From: Desulfurococcales archaeon
GTDB taxonomy: Archaea > Thermoproteota > Thermoprotei_A > Sulfolobales > Desulfurococcaceae
DNA: 64,000 bases
Assembly (NCBI GenBank): GCA_027022365.1
Contig: JALVYU010000031.1
Span: 32,001 to 96,000 of the forward strand
Direction: 5' to 3'
How positions within the stretch are numbered: the first letter of the stretch is position 1; each line of letters starts with the position of its first letter. Shown here one piece after another: positions 1-10,011 of this stretch. The notes beneath the pieces were generated by a model. That model searched no databases, was not told where the DNA came from, and was given only the letters and a program-made list of their open reading frames with translations. A program made the position numbers and the translations under genes.

Positions 1-196
1 GGAGCTTCCCGGTTATCACCATTGAGACACCTATACTTGTAGAGATCATTGTCGGGTCCGGCATCATCAAGAATATACTGCTATACTTCAAGAGTTTTTC
101 GCCACGCTCATCAGGGCCTCCCTTAATAACTCTCACAGTCTTTTTTATCTCCTCGTACACTTCCTTAATCTCATCCTCTTCTATTCCTAGACTCAT
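1..196 (-). CDS. Hypothetical protein, N-terminal part (runs off the window start)
   Basis: Manual translation from ATG at 196: MSLGIEEDEIKEVYEEIKKTVRVIKGGPDERGEKLLKYSSIFLMMPDPTMISTSIGVSMVITGKL, open to base 1; not in the ORF track. Confidence 0.65.
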   Translation of the reverse strand, partial: MSLGIEEDEIKEVYEEIKKTVRVIKGGPDERGEKLLKYSSIFLMMPDPTMISTSIGVSMVITGKL

Positions 197-260
197 TCTT
201 ATACGCCCTAATTCAGAATAGTAGTAATTATACAGTTTTAATAAAGGGGGCATAACGGAT

Positions 261-728
261 TTGTACAATTTGTTTATGGAAAGGAACACTGTAAGGGGAG
301 TGTATCTCTTAATAATAGAAATCCAAAAACCATTAACCATAGTTATAGGGAACACGAGGTATAAGCTAGAGCCCGGATATTATATCTATGTCGGATCGGC
401 CTGGGGCCCTGGCGGCCTTAGGTCTAGGATAGCAAGGCATATCAGGAAGGACAAAAAGATACATTGGCACATAGACAGGATAACCTCCACGCCATTTACA
501 GCGGTTAAGACAATATGTTTACTGCCTGGAGCACCTCCATACTATGAGTCTAGGATAGCGGGTATACTATCAGCGAAACTGGATTTTATCCCGGGTTTTG
601 GCTCCACCGATAGACGCGGAGATACATCTCATCTATTCATATGTGGAACATATAGCAAATGCGTGGAAACAGTGAGATCTCTTGAGAAGACGATCAAGTA
701 CCCTGTAATATTCATAACATTGTATTAA
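261..728 (+). CDS. GIY-YIG (Uri) superfamily endonuclease, DUF123/COG1833 type
   Basis: GVYLLII...GYYIYVGSA, RIARH, HWHIDR and GFGSTD...SHLF motifs; real start may be ATG at 276. Confidence 0.85.
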   Translation: MYNLFMERNTVRGVYLLIIEIQKPLTIVIGNTRYKLEPGYYIYVGSAWGPGGLRSRIARHIRKDKKIHWHIDRITSTPFTAVKTICLLPGAPPYYESRIAGILSAKLDFIPGFGSTDRRGDTSHLFICGTYSKCVETVRSLEKTIKYPVIFITLY

Positions 729-830
729 AGAAATAATCGTACGTTTGAACGAGTATCGGATACAAGGATATATTAACCTCTCATGTAATAACTGGAATTA
801 ACCCATAACACGTAGGAGACGAAACCCGTA

Positions 831-1271
831 ATGTCCGGATCAGAAGAAAACACGTCCCAGAAAAAACGAATAATCGATCTCAAATCCGGAGAAGAAAACG
901 TCCACGTAACCGGAAGGGTTCTCGAGACAACCCCTCCTAGGGTAATACAGACGAAAAGAGGACCTAGAACAATCAGCAACGCCATTATCGGTGACGAATC
1001 AGGCAGAGTCCAAGTAACCCTCTGGGGAAGCAAGGCCGGTAGCCTTGAAGAAGGAAAAGTCGTTGACATCAAGGGTGCATGGACGACCAGCTTCAGAGGC
1101 AAAGTCCAACTAAATATAGGTAGGTCAACAAACGTGGAAGAAGTACCCGACGAGGAAGCACCGCAGCCCGAGGAAATCCCCGAAGACCAGCCAACAGCAC
1201 CATACACACCGTCCAGGAGACAAGGCTTCGGACGTGGCAGGAGAAGATACTATCGCCAAGGAGGATTCTAA
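831..1271 (+). CDS. ssb: Crenarchaeal single-stranded DNA-binding protein (single OB fold)
   Basis: IGDESGRVQVTLWG, GAWTTSFRGKVQLNIG OB fold followed by Pro/acidic linker and Gly/Arg-rich tail. Confidence 0.92.
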   Translation: MSGSEENTSQKKRIIDLKSGEENVHVTGRVLETTPPRVIQTKRGPRTISNAIIGDESGRVQVTLWGSKAGSLEEGKVVDIKGAWTTSFRGKVQLNIGRSTNVEEVPDEEAPQPEEIPEDQPTAPYTPSRRQGFGRGRRRYYRQGGF

Positions 1272-1281
1272 GGTGTCCAAT

Positions 1282-1629
1282 ATGGAGAGCGGGGAAATGT
1301 CCGTCCCAAACAATAGCAATGAGAACAAGATATCCGAGAAAGCCAGGAAAATATATGATCAATTAAAGGAGAAGAAGCCAAAAAGAAACGGTGCATTCCT
1401 AGGCGAGGAACAAGACAAGTTCTACGTGGCGAAGTCCGAGGAGGAGATCTACGAGCTCTCAGCGCTCGCTTATTACGTATGGCTCCTCTGTGACGGCGAA
1501 CACACAGTCGAGGAAATAGCCAACAAGATAAGCGAGGACGTGCAGGTCTCGGTGGAGGAGGTCATAGAACCCCTCGCTCTAGCTATTAATAGTCTCAACG
1601 AGGCAGGACTAGTAGAGATCGCGAACTAA
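1282..1629 (+). CDS. PqqD-family (RRE-like winged-helix) protein
   Basis: YELSALAYYVWLLCDGEHTVEEIANKIS...LNEAGLV is the PqqD signature; start moved to ATG 1282 after AGGTG. Confidence 0.8.
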   Translation: MESGEMSVPNNSNENKISEKARKIYDQLKEKKPKRNGAFLGEEQDKFYVAKSEEEIYELSALAYYVWLLCDGEHTVEEIANKISEDVQVSVEEVIEPLALAINSLNEAGLVEIAN

Positions 1630-1731
1630 AACTACAAGTCCTCACATATAATACGTAACACGTAGCGTTTTTTCTTAGAAAATCTGTTTAGTCTTTTCCA
1701 AGAATAATCTTATCCCTAGGAATAAAGACTG

Positions 1732-3072
1732 GTGACTATTGACGTGACTAAACAGGCAGAAAGAGATCTTTTGCCTCGGCACTATTGTCTTGACTTGGCG
1801 TTATACGCCATAAAAATGTCGGATCCATACATTAGTGTCCGTAAGAACCTCACATACACCCATAAGGAACTTATTATCAAGAATAAACGGGTAGGTGTAG
1901 AAGGGAAAATATACGTTGCTGGTATAGGTAAGGCATCCTGTAGAATGGCAAGGGCAGTAGAGGAGATCGTAGGAGACGATATAGAGTATGGCGTAGTGTC
2001 CACTAAGTACGGCTACGGCGAAAAACTCGAAAAGTTAAAGGTTATTGAGGCAGGTCACCCCGTTCCTGACGAGAACAGCCTCAGAGCAGCCGACGAGATA
2101 ATCGGAATAGCCAAGCGGATGAAGCCCGAGGACATCCTGATATTCCTGATCTCAGGCGGCGGCTCAGCATTATTCACGAAGCCTTATCCGCCGATAACGC
2201 TCGATGAACTGATAAGGACACATGATCTACTCGTGAAATCGGGAGCACGAATACAAGAGATCAATACTGTTAGGAAACACATATCCCTTGTCAAAGGCGG
2301 CAGATTCGCTGAAATAGTTCCCGGAAAAATAATATCGCTAATAGTGAGCGACGTTGTCGGAGATGATCTCTCGACCATAGCTTCTGGCCCAACAGCGCCT
2401 GATCCAACAACATATGCTGATGCCAAAAGGATACTCGTCAATTATGACCTATGGGACAAGATTCCTGAGAATGTGCGAAAAGTCATAGACAAGGGGTTAA
2501 GGGGCGAGATACCCGAGACCCCCAAGAAGCTGGAGAATGTTGTCAACAATATTATAGCGAGCGCTAATATCGCCGCCGAACACTCAGCGAGACGCGCATT
2601 AGAGCTAGGGCTAAAACCAATAATCATGACAACTACAATAGAAGGAGAGGCACGACATGTAGGCACAGCCATAGCATCAATAATAGAAGAAATAGCCAAG
2701 AACCATCGTCCATTCAAACCACCAGTATGCCTGATCTTCGCCGGCGAGACCGTGGTTACTATTAGGGACGAATCGGGAATAGGCGGGCCAAACCAAGAAC
2801 TAGCACTCAGCGCATCCATGAAAATAAGAGGCTATAGAGGAGTAGCTCTGATAGCTTTGGATACTGATGGAACAGATGGCCCCACAGATGCAGCAGGAGG
2901 TCTAGTTGATTCAAAGACATATGATATCCTCATTGATAGGGGTATTGATCCTGTGAAAAGCCTGATGAAACACGATGCATACAATGCATTGAAAATCTCA
3001 GGAGACCTGATCAAAACAGGCCCTACTGGCACGAACGTCAATTCAATAATGATAGCCGTCATACTGAGATGA
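1732..3072 (+). CDS. gck: Glycerate 2-kinase (MOFRL family)
   Basis: GKAS, AGHPVPD, LISGGGSAL, VKGG, SDVVGDD, SGPT, DTDGTDG, TGTNVN motifs. Confidence 0.92.
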   Translation: MTIDVTKQAERDLLPRHYCLDLALYAIKMSDPYISVRKNLTYTHKELIIKNKRVGVEGKIYVAGIGKASCRMARAVEEIVGDDIEYGVVSTKYGYGEKLEKLKVIEAGHPVPDENSLRAADEIIGIAKRMKPEDILIFLISGGGSALFTKPYPPITLDELIRTHDLLVKSGARIQEINTVRKHISLVKGGRFAEIVPGKIISLIVSDVVGDDLSTIASGPTAPDPTTYADAKRILVNYDLWDKIPENVRKVIDKGLRGEIPETPKKLENVVNNIIASANIAAEHSARRALELGLKPIIMTTTIEGEARHVGTAIASIIEEIAKNHRPFKPPVCLIFAGETVVTIRDESGIGGPNQELALSASMKIRGYRGVALIALDTDGTDGPTDAAGGLVDSKTYDILIDRGIDPVKSLMKHDAYNALKISGDLIKTGPTGTNVNSIMIAVILR

Positions 3073-3079
3073 TGAGGAT

Positions 3080-4153
3080 ATGAAAACTCTTCGAACTATA
3101 CTCCTACTAATTCTATTGACTCTATCATTGGCCCCGATAATGGTGAGCGTAAATGCTACGGCACAGTCTAGTAATCCTTTGGACTGGTTTAATCTCACAA
3201 TAATAATTAATGGCTCGATAACCAATCTAGGAGACAAGCCACTCCCTATAAACCAGACAGACCTCCTCGTATTTGATTATCCTATTAACATGTCTACACA
3301 GAAAGTCATAGGAGTAAAGACGTATGTAAACGGCACACCTTATCCCTATAAAATACGGGGACCATGGTATAATCCGAGCCTAGTGATACAGGCACCGAAG
3401 TACGAAAAAATGAGCTTGATGCCAGGCCAGACAGTGACTAGCATGGCGGTATATAACGTCTCGGTCAATGTGGCTCAGCGCCTATTACAAGCAACAAGTA
3501 TAAAGCCTGAACTGGCAGAGGGCTGGAAGTACATACCAGCTAAGATAAAGTCTAACTATACACAGGCAACACCGCTCTGGAACTACTCTAACCCGCTAAT
3601 TAATCTATTCATAACATATATCCGGTCACAGGAGCGTACAAAAACCCCATTAGGAGCCGTAGAGGAGGTTCTAAAATGGTTTGATAAGAACGTCAAATAC
3701 AAGACAAGAATACCTGCCAGACAGCCATGGGAAACTCTGATGTATATGGAGGGCGATTGTGACGATCAGTCGAACTTGCTCATAACCGTTCTCCGCGGAA
3801 TAGGTGTGCCAGCCTACCTAGAGATAGGAATAGTCTATATCATGGGGCTAAACATAACAAGCAAAGCCGCTGACGGTCTCCTCGAGTATAGGTTTGTGAA
3901 CGGGGGAACTCATGCATGGACAACCGCCTATGTTCCGCCATGGGGCTGGATAAGAATCGATCTAACGGCTAGTCTAGGGATAGGGATTAATCACATTAGG
4001 GGAGCAGCCTACTACATCTACCCTACAGTTGTAATATCAAAAGTCTATGGACAGAACTATGCTGCAAGCTCGGCCAAATTCACGGAAGAGCTAGTATCCA
4101 AGAAGATAGCTTATAGGGTAACGATAGAATTAATCACTCCCGAGAAATCATAG
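3080..4153 (+). CDS. Secreted transglutaminase-like protein
   Basis: N-terminal signal peptide; GDCDDQS, HAW and WIRID give a Cys-His-Asp triad. Confidence 0.85.
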   Translation: MKTLRTILLLILLTLSLAPIMVSVNATAQSSNPLDWFNLTIIINGSITNLGDKPLPINQTDLLVFDYPINMSTQKVIGVKTYVNGTPYPYKIRGPWYNPSLVIQAPKYEKMSLMPGQTVTSMAVYNVSVNVAQRLLQATSIKPELAEGWKYIPAKIKSNYTQATPLWNYSNPLINLFITYIRSQERTKTPLGAVEEVLKWFDKNVKYKTRIPARQPWETLMYMEGDCDDQSNLLITVLRGIGVPAYLEIGIVYIMGLNITSKAADGLLEYRFVNGGTHAWTTAYVPPWGWIRIDLTASLGIGINHIRGAAYYIYPTVVISKVYGQNYAASSAKFTEELVSKKIAYRVTIELITPEKS

Positions 4154-4155
4154 TT

Positions 4156-4240
4156 CTAGATAGGAACCGGATGACCGAAGACTCCAATACTGAGACCATA
4201 TGTCTATGAGGAAACTCCACCCCTCGGGACGGCTATCTAG
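4156..4240 (+). ncRNA. Box C/D sRNA, probable double guide for 16S rRNA
   Basis: C-like CGGATGA 4168-4174, D' CTGA 4190-4193, C' ATGAGGA 4206-4212, degenerate D GGGA 4226-4229; terminal stem CTAGATAG/CTATCTAG; guides GACTCCAAT and CTCCACCCCT complement adjacent crenarchaeal 16S motifs AUUGGAGUC and AGGGGUGGAG (recalled, not searched). Confidence 0.72.
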
Positions 4241-4569
4241 TATTTTGGTGGTACATAGCGTTTAGCAAGATCCTCATAGTTCTCAGTGATCATGGATATG
4301 ATCTCGTTACGATGAACTCTCGTTAAGTGAAGGTAGAAACCTCTCCTCGTAAACGGTCCCTTACCACATATACCGCACCTGATGAGTCCCTTCTGTATGA
4401 CTACTATGTCGGATGCAACGATGTTTACAACCTTCCTCATAATAGGGTATCTTGACGAGCCAGTAATTCTATGTAAATCAATGTCGTCAACAGGTAGGCC
4501 GGAAGCCTTCCTTGCAATATATTCAACTAACCTGTTAGCAATAGCCTCAACACTAACCACTCTAGGCAC
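4237..4569 (-). CDS. C2H2 zinc-finger protein
   Basis: CGICGKGPFTRRGFYLHLTRVH motif. Confidence 0.75.
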   Translation of the reverse strand: MPRVVSVEAIANRLVEYIARKASGLPVDDIDLHRITGSSRYPIMRKVVNIVASDIVVIQKGLIRCGICGKGPFTRRGFYLHLTRVHRNEIISMITENYEDLAKRYVPPKY

Positions 4570-4683
4570 CTTTTAATATATCATGCGCAAATTAGATTTA
4601 AGATGTATGGCCCTTACAACTATCATATGGTAGGCCGGATTTTAAGACGATTATTTTACGTAGTAACAGGGGCTTGATATATT

Positions 4684-5340
4684 GTGAGACACAAAATAAG
4701 AGAGCAGTTCGTTGAGGATCTAGTATCCTCGGCCAAAAAGTTGATCAAAGGATGTATTGATGGAGAATTCAAATGTATAGATCCGCCGATAACGATCACT
4801 CGCTTACTTGAAGAGATGAACCTTGGCGAGTATAGGCTTAGAAGATTCTGGGCCGATGCACAGAAGATCGCTGGTACAACTGTAAAGCTTTACAGTAGGA
4901 TGGGATCAGAATTCCTAATATCTGTTGAGGTTAGGCAAGGCTCAGTTTATTTTAATGAGGAATTCGACATACCTGTTGATTTCATTGATTGTAAAATGCA
5001 TCCTGAATCATGTATAGTTATCCCAAGGACGTATTCGCTGTACGTATACCTGGACGGTAATATTGAGAACACAAAATATCACATTAACGTCATAAGACTG
5101 CTTGTCCTCCTCGAAAGAAGTATGCCTGGCACCTCATACAAGATACTTGATGCTATTCTAAGACTAGCTAGGAATGATAAGAGGGGTTACTTAGAACTGG
5201 TAAATGTTCTCTTAGTGATATTTAAGAACATAAGCGTGCTCAAGTATATCTTGCCGTTTATGCCGATGAGCGTGAAGGATATATTGAATATGTCTCCTGT
5301 TCTAAGAATCTTGAACACTTTATTTGGCAATAATAAATAG
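4684..5340 (+). CDS. Hypothetical protein
   Basis: 218-aa ORF filling the gap, no recognised motif. Confidence 0.65.
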   Translation: MRHKIREQFVEDLVSSAKKLIKGCIDGEFKCIDPPITITRLLEEMNLGEYRLRRFWADAQKIAGTTVKLYSRMGSEFLISVEVRQGSVYFNEEFDIPVDFIDCKMHPESCIVIPRTYSLYVYLDGNIENTKYHINVIRLLVLLERSMPGTSYKILDAILRLARNDKRGYLELVNVLLVIFKNISVLKYILPFMPMSVKDILNMSPVLRILNTLFGNNK

Positions 5341-5454
5341 TTGATGTCCTAAATTATAATTACATATACATATTTCAATGAGTATTCTTCTTCGGTAATC
5401 TACAGACTACCTTATACAGAATTATTAGCAATAATAAAGAATCGGTGAGAGGAG

Positions 5455-6942
5455 ATGCCAGAGAAGAAGAAAAGGGGAGGAGTAGGAGCATTCTTAGCAG
5501 GCATAAGACTGCTGTTCAACAATCCAGTGACGAGAAGAGCGTTGTTGCTGGCATCAAAAGAATATGTCTGCAAATACGGTGAAAAAGATGTCAAAGCACC
5601 CGTGATCTACCATAGCTTATCCAGTATCGCGGGCGAACCCGTAGAATGCCCATTGGCAGCCGGAATACTCATGGGCATCATAAAGAAGATAATAATGTTC
5701 GGCGTTCATGTACTGAAAGGCGATGAAGAAGAAGTAAAGAAGGCGCTTAGCGACCCGGCTATAAGGAGAGGTATAACGCTGGTTATGAAGGGCCTTGGAT
5801 TATACGGCGTAACCGTACCGCAGAAGATGCCGGCGCCATTCCTTATAGTCTGGAATTTCACCAACATGTGCAACTTTAGGTGCAAACACTGTTACCAGAG
5901 AGCGGATAGGCCTCTTCCCGACGAGCTAAGCCTCGAGGAGAAGATAATGCTTGTCGACCAGCTGGATAAAGCGGGCGTTGCAGCTGTCGCTCTTAGTGGC
6001 GGTGAGCCAACGATACATCCCCACTTCCTCCGGATAGTCCGGGAGATAGCTAGCAGGGGAATGTACGTGGCTGTGGCAACAAATGGATGGGTGTTTGCAG
6101 ACATTGAGAGGCTTAAGAAGGCCAAGGAGGCGGGAGTACGCTACGTAGAAATAAGCGTGGACAGTGCCGATCCGAAGAAACATGATGCATTCAGGGGCAC
6201 GCCCGGTGCCTGGGAGCATGCAGTTAAAGCCCTAGAAAACGCGGTGAAGCTAGGAATAAACCATGCCATGGCCGTGACGATCACGAAGGCTAACCTGGAC
6301 GAGGTTGACGAGATACTGGATCTAGCGGAGAGCATAGGCGTGAAGAGAGTGATATTCTTCAACTTCATACCTGTTGGAAGAGGTATCGAGATAAGCCACT
6401 TGGATCTCACGCCGGAGGAGAGGGAGAGGTTTCTGCGGAAGCTCTATATTGAAATGAAGAAGCGGAAAGGCATGGAGATCATAAGTACCGCGCCCCAGTA
6501 CAGCCGTGTAACACTTCAGATGAGCAGCGGGGAGGAGATAGCACCTACACACTTCTATGTGGGTGATGACCCCATAGTAAAAGCCCTGGCTGAATTCATA
6601 GGTGGATGCGGAGCTGGGAGAATATATGCGGCCGTACAACCAAACGGTGATGTAACCCCGTGTGTGTTCATGCCATTAAAGGTCGGCAATATAAGAGAGA
6701 CACCATTCTGGGAGATATGGACAAAATCACCAGTGCTATTGAGCCTGAGGGATCGCGAAAAACTGAAAGGAGGGTGCGCAAGATGCCCCTACAAGTACAT
6801 ATGTGGAGGATGTCGTGCAAGAGGATATGCATACTTCAATGACCCGTTAGCCCCGGATCCTGGATGCATTATAAATCTGAAGCACTGGAAAGAGCTAATG
6901 GAGATGAAAAAAGTAAAGATAACTGTCGCCCATAATCAATAG
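5455..6942 (+). CDS. Radical SAM/SPASM protein with N-terminal extension (candidate GMGT synthase-like)
   Basis: CNFRCKHC, SGGEP, GCGAG...VTPC, CARC...CGGCRAR...C SPASM cysteines; ~130-aa amphipathic N-terminal region. Confidence 0.9.
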   Translation: MPEKKKRGGVGAFLAGIRLLFNNPVTRRALLLASKEYVCKYGEKDVKAPVIYHSLSSIAGEPVECPLAAGILMGIIKKIIMFGVHVLKGDEEEVKKALSDPAIRRGITLVMKGLGLYGVTVPQKMPAPFLIVWNFTNMCNFRCKHCYQRADRPLPDELSLEEKIMLVDQLDKAGVAAVALSGGEPTIHPHFLRIVREIASRGMYVAVATNGWVFADIERLKKAKEAGVRYVEISVDSADPKKHDAFRGTPGAWEHAVKALENAVKLGINHAMAVTITKANLDEVDEILDLAESIGVKRVIFFNFIPVGRGIEISHLDLTPEERERFLRKLYIEMKKRKGMEIISTAPQYSRVTLQMSSGEEIAPTHFYVGDDPIVKALAEFIGGCGAGRIYAAVQPNGDVTPCVFMPLKVGNIRETPFWEIWTKSPVLLSLRDREKLKGGCARCPYKYICGGCRARGYAYFNDPLAPDPGCIINLKHWKELMEMKKVKITVAHNQ

Positions 6943-7134
6943 ATTTTAACTTTGATTAATATCCTGTCCTAACATGATTTATTATCTCTTCTCTACTCCT
7001 AATATTCACCCGGTTTATAATTGTCTCCTCATATTGGATAGAGGATATCATTATGTGTGAAACAAAATATTAATTGTTACAATGCCTATAACATAGGATT
7101 GAATACTCTCCCGTGATTCTCCGGATAATGGTGC

Positions 7135-8319
7135 GTGAATATGGCGGACAAGATCTATATTATAGGTGTTGGGATGACCAAGATAGGCCGATGGTATAAT
7201 CGGAGCGCCAAGGACTTGTTCTACGAGGCTATAAGCAAGGCAATAGAAGACGCCGGAGGAGTAAAGCCCCAGGCGCTTGTCATAGGGAATATGACCTCCA
7301 GTGTCCTGATGGAGCAGGATAGCCTCGCTGCACTGCTCGCGGATCACTCGGGCTTGAGGGGAATACCTGCTTTCAAAGTAGAGGCAGCCTGCGGTAGTGG
7401 AGGAGCGGCTTTCTATGCAGGCTATAGTCTCGTGAAGAGCGGATTGGCAGATATTGTTGCCGCGGGAGGCGTGGAAAAACTAACGGAGGGTATATCGAGC
7501 GAGGTGACAAAGGCGCTGGCGCAGGCAGCGGATGCAGAGTATGAGGTGTTCTATGGTGTGAGCTTCACCGGGCTGAACGCTCTCGTCGCCAGATACTATA
7601 TGGGTAAGTATGGCTATACTAGGGAAGACATGGCGTACTGGCCTCTCAGAATGCATGAATATGCTGTGAGCAATCCCTATGCGCAGTTGCCGAAGAAGAC
7701 AAGTCTGGAGGCGATACTCAAGAGCCCCGTTGTAGCGGAGCCTCTCCATCTTTTCGACTGCTCACCAATAGGCGACGGGGCGGCCGCTGTGATCCTGGTT
7801 AGAGGTGAGGATAGAGCACGAGAGATATCTAGAAAGATAGGTAGAGATGTTCTCGTAGAAGTTAGGGGCGTAGCATTATCGACCGATAGCGTAGACCTCG
7901 GCAGTAGAACCGACCTTCTAACACTCACAAGCACCGTAAACGCCAGCAGGCAAGCCTACAGGATGGCAGGCATAACAGCTAAGGACGTCGATTACCTCGA
8001 GGTACATGATGCTTTCCACATAACGGGATACCTAGCACTAGAAGACATGGGGTTCGCCGCTAAAGGCGAAGCACCAAAACTCTGGAAGGAAGGAAGATTC
8101 GCCAAGGGTGACAAGCCCGAGGTAAACCTTAGTGGAGGCCTAAAGGCAAGGGGACACCCTGTCGGTGCAACAGGTATATACCAGATAGCTGAGTGCGCAT
8201 TACAGCTTAGAGGAGAATTCCCAGGAGTAAAAGCATCGGACCCAACTATAGCAGTCGCACAGAACATAGGCGGTGTAGCGACCTATTCGGCTGTAACAGT
8301 GCTTGGCCGTGCCCGGTAG
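7135..8319 (+). CDS. Archaeal acetyl-CoA C-acetyltransferase (thiolase)
   Basis: EAACGSGG, NPYAQ, DGAAA, EVHDAF, GHPVGATG, QNIGG. Confidence 0.92.
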   Translation: MNMADKIYIIGVGMTKIGRWYNRSAKDLFYEAISKAIEDAGGVKPQALVIGNMTSSVLMEQDSLAALLADHSGLRGIPAFKVEAACGSGGAAFYAGYSLVKSGLADIVAAGGVEKLTEGISSEVTKALAQAADAEYEVFYGVSFTGLNALVARYYMGKYGYTREDMAYWPLRMHEYAVSNPYAQLPKKTSLEAILKSPVVAEPLHLFDCSPIGDGAAAVILVRGEDRAREISRKIGRDVLVEVRGVALSTDSVDLGSRTDLLTLTSTVNASRQAYRMAGITAKDVDYLEVHDAFHITGYLALEDMGFAAKGEAPKLWKEGRFAKGDKPEVNLSGGLKARGHPVGATGIYQIAECALQLRGEFPGVKASDPTIAVAQNIGGVATYSAVTVLGRAR

Positions 8320-8429
8320 CAGGGGATAATTGTTTTTATTCATTACATTATTATTCATTGGCTTGTTAGATATTCGAAACACATATTACTTTATTTGCGA
8401 GAAATAGGCTCTCCAGCAGGTGTATCGAA

Positions 8430-9995
8430 TTGGTTGAAAAGACGATCAAGGATCTCCTGGAAGAGGTAAATGAATTAAGAAAGAAATCAACGATGGGTGG
8501 CGGAGAACAGAGAATAGAGGCGCAGCGAAAGAAGGGAAAGTTATGGGTTTGGGATAGGATCAATAGGCTACTGGATCCTGATACGTTCCAGCCCCTTCAA
8601 TGGATGCGGACAACGAGGTCAACATATTTCGGCCTAGATAAACTAAAGTATCTTGGAGACGGTGTCGTAGTAGGTTATGGCAAGATCGATGGAAGGCCTG
8701 TATTCGTTTATGCCCAGGATTTCACGGTAATGGGTGGAAGCATAGGCGAGGCCCACGCGGACAAGATAGTCTCTGTTATAGAGAAAGCGATAGAGGTCGG
8801 TGCACCAGTTATTGGGATCTATGATTCCGGTGGCGCGAGGATACAAGAGGGAGTAGCATCTCTACATGGATGCGGCAGGATATTCGCAGCAAACGTTAAG
8901 GCTAGTGGTGTTATACCACAGATAAGTCTGATCATGGGTCCATGTGCTGGTGCGGCTGCCTATAGCCCTGCTCTAACAGATTTTGTCATAATGGTTAAGA
9001 AGAGCTTTATGTTCATAACAGGCCCCGAAGTAGTAAAGGCTGCTACAGGCATAGAGACATCCTTCGAAGAACTTGGTGGAGCAGATGTTCATGCATCTGA
9101 ATCAGGTGTAGCTCATTTTGTGACGGAAGATGAGGATACTGCTTTCCAGCTTGTACGCGAGCTATTATCATATCTGCCAAGTAGTTTCGATGAAGATCCC
9201 CCCAGGGTCAAAACAGATGATCCTGTTGATAGGAAAGCCGAGGATCTAAGGGATATAGTTCCGCTTGATCCCTCAAAGCCATTTGATATGCACGAGATAA
9301 TATATAGGATCATTGATGACGGGCGGTTCCTTGAGGTACACCAGAACTACGCCAGATCAGCCATCGTGGGCTTCGGCCGGATAGGCGGGTACAGCGTGGG
9401 TATAGTAGCCAATAACCCCTCGGTAAACGCGGGCGTGATAGATATTGATGCGAGCCTCAAGATAGCTCGTTTCGTAAGGTTCTGTGACAGCTTCAACATA
9501 CCTATTATAACGTTTGTCGATACGCCCGGCTTCATGCCTGGACTGGACCAGGAGCATGGTGGGATAATAAAACATGGCGCAAAGATCCTCTATGCATATG
9601 CCGAGTCAACAGTACCCAAAATAACCGTGATCGTGAGAAAAGCCTATGGGGGAGCCTATATAGCTATGGGGAGTAAGAGCCTCGGTGCAGACGTAACTTA
9701 TGCGTGGCCAACAGCAGAAATAGCGGTGATGGGGCCCGAGGGAGCCGTGAGAATACTCTACAGGAAAGAAGCCATGAAGAAAGAAGACCCCGACGCCTTC
9801 CTCCGAGAAAAACTCGCGGAGTACAGGAGGGTCTTCGCTAACCCGTATAGAGCTGCGGAGCTCGGATATGTCGATGATATCATTGATCCCGCTGATACCA
9901 GGTACAAGATATACCTTGCCCTCGACATGCTGAAAGAGAAGAAAGAGGAAATGATGCATATACTACCCAGGAAGCACGGTAATATGCCATTGTAA
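8430..9995 (+). CDS. pccB: Acyl-CoA carboxylase/decarboxylase carboxyltransferase subunit (PccB/MmdA family)
   Basis: QDFTVMGGS, DSGGARIQEG, GPCAGAAAYSPALTD, DTPGFMPG, RKAYGGAY, RKHGNMPL. Confidence 0.9.
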   Translation: MVEKTIKDLLEEVNELRKKSTMGGGEQRIEAQRKKGKLWVWDRINRLLDPDTFQPLQWMRTTRSTYFGLDKLKYLGDGVVVGYGKIDGRPVFVYAQDFTVMGGSIGEAHADKIVSVIEKAIEVGAPVIGIYDSGGARIQEGVASLHGCGRIFAANVKASGVIPQISLIMGPCAGAAAYSPALTDFVIMVKKSFMFITGPEVVKAATGIETSFEELGGADVHASESGVAHFVTEDEDTAFQLVRELLSYLPSSFDEDPPRVKTDDPVDRKAEDLRDIVPLDPSKPFDMHEIIYRIIDDGRFLEVHQNYARSAIVGFGRIGGYSVGIVANNPSVNAGVIDIDASLKIARFVRFCDSFNIPIITFVDTPGFMPGLDQEHGGIIKHGAKILYAYAESTVPKITVIVRKAYGGAYIAMGSKSLGADVTYAWPTAEIAVMGPEGAVRILYRKEAMKKEDPDAFLREKLAEYRRVFANPYRAAELGYVDDIIDPADTRYKIYLALDMLKEKKEEMMHILPRKHGNMPL

Positions 9996-10011
9996 GAGGA
10001 TAAGGGCTCCC

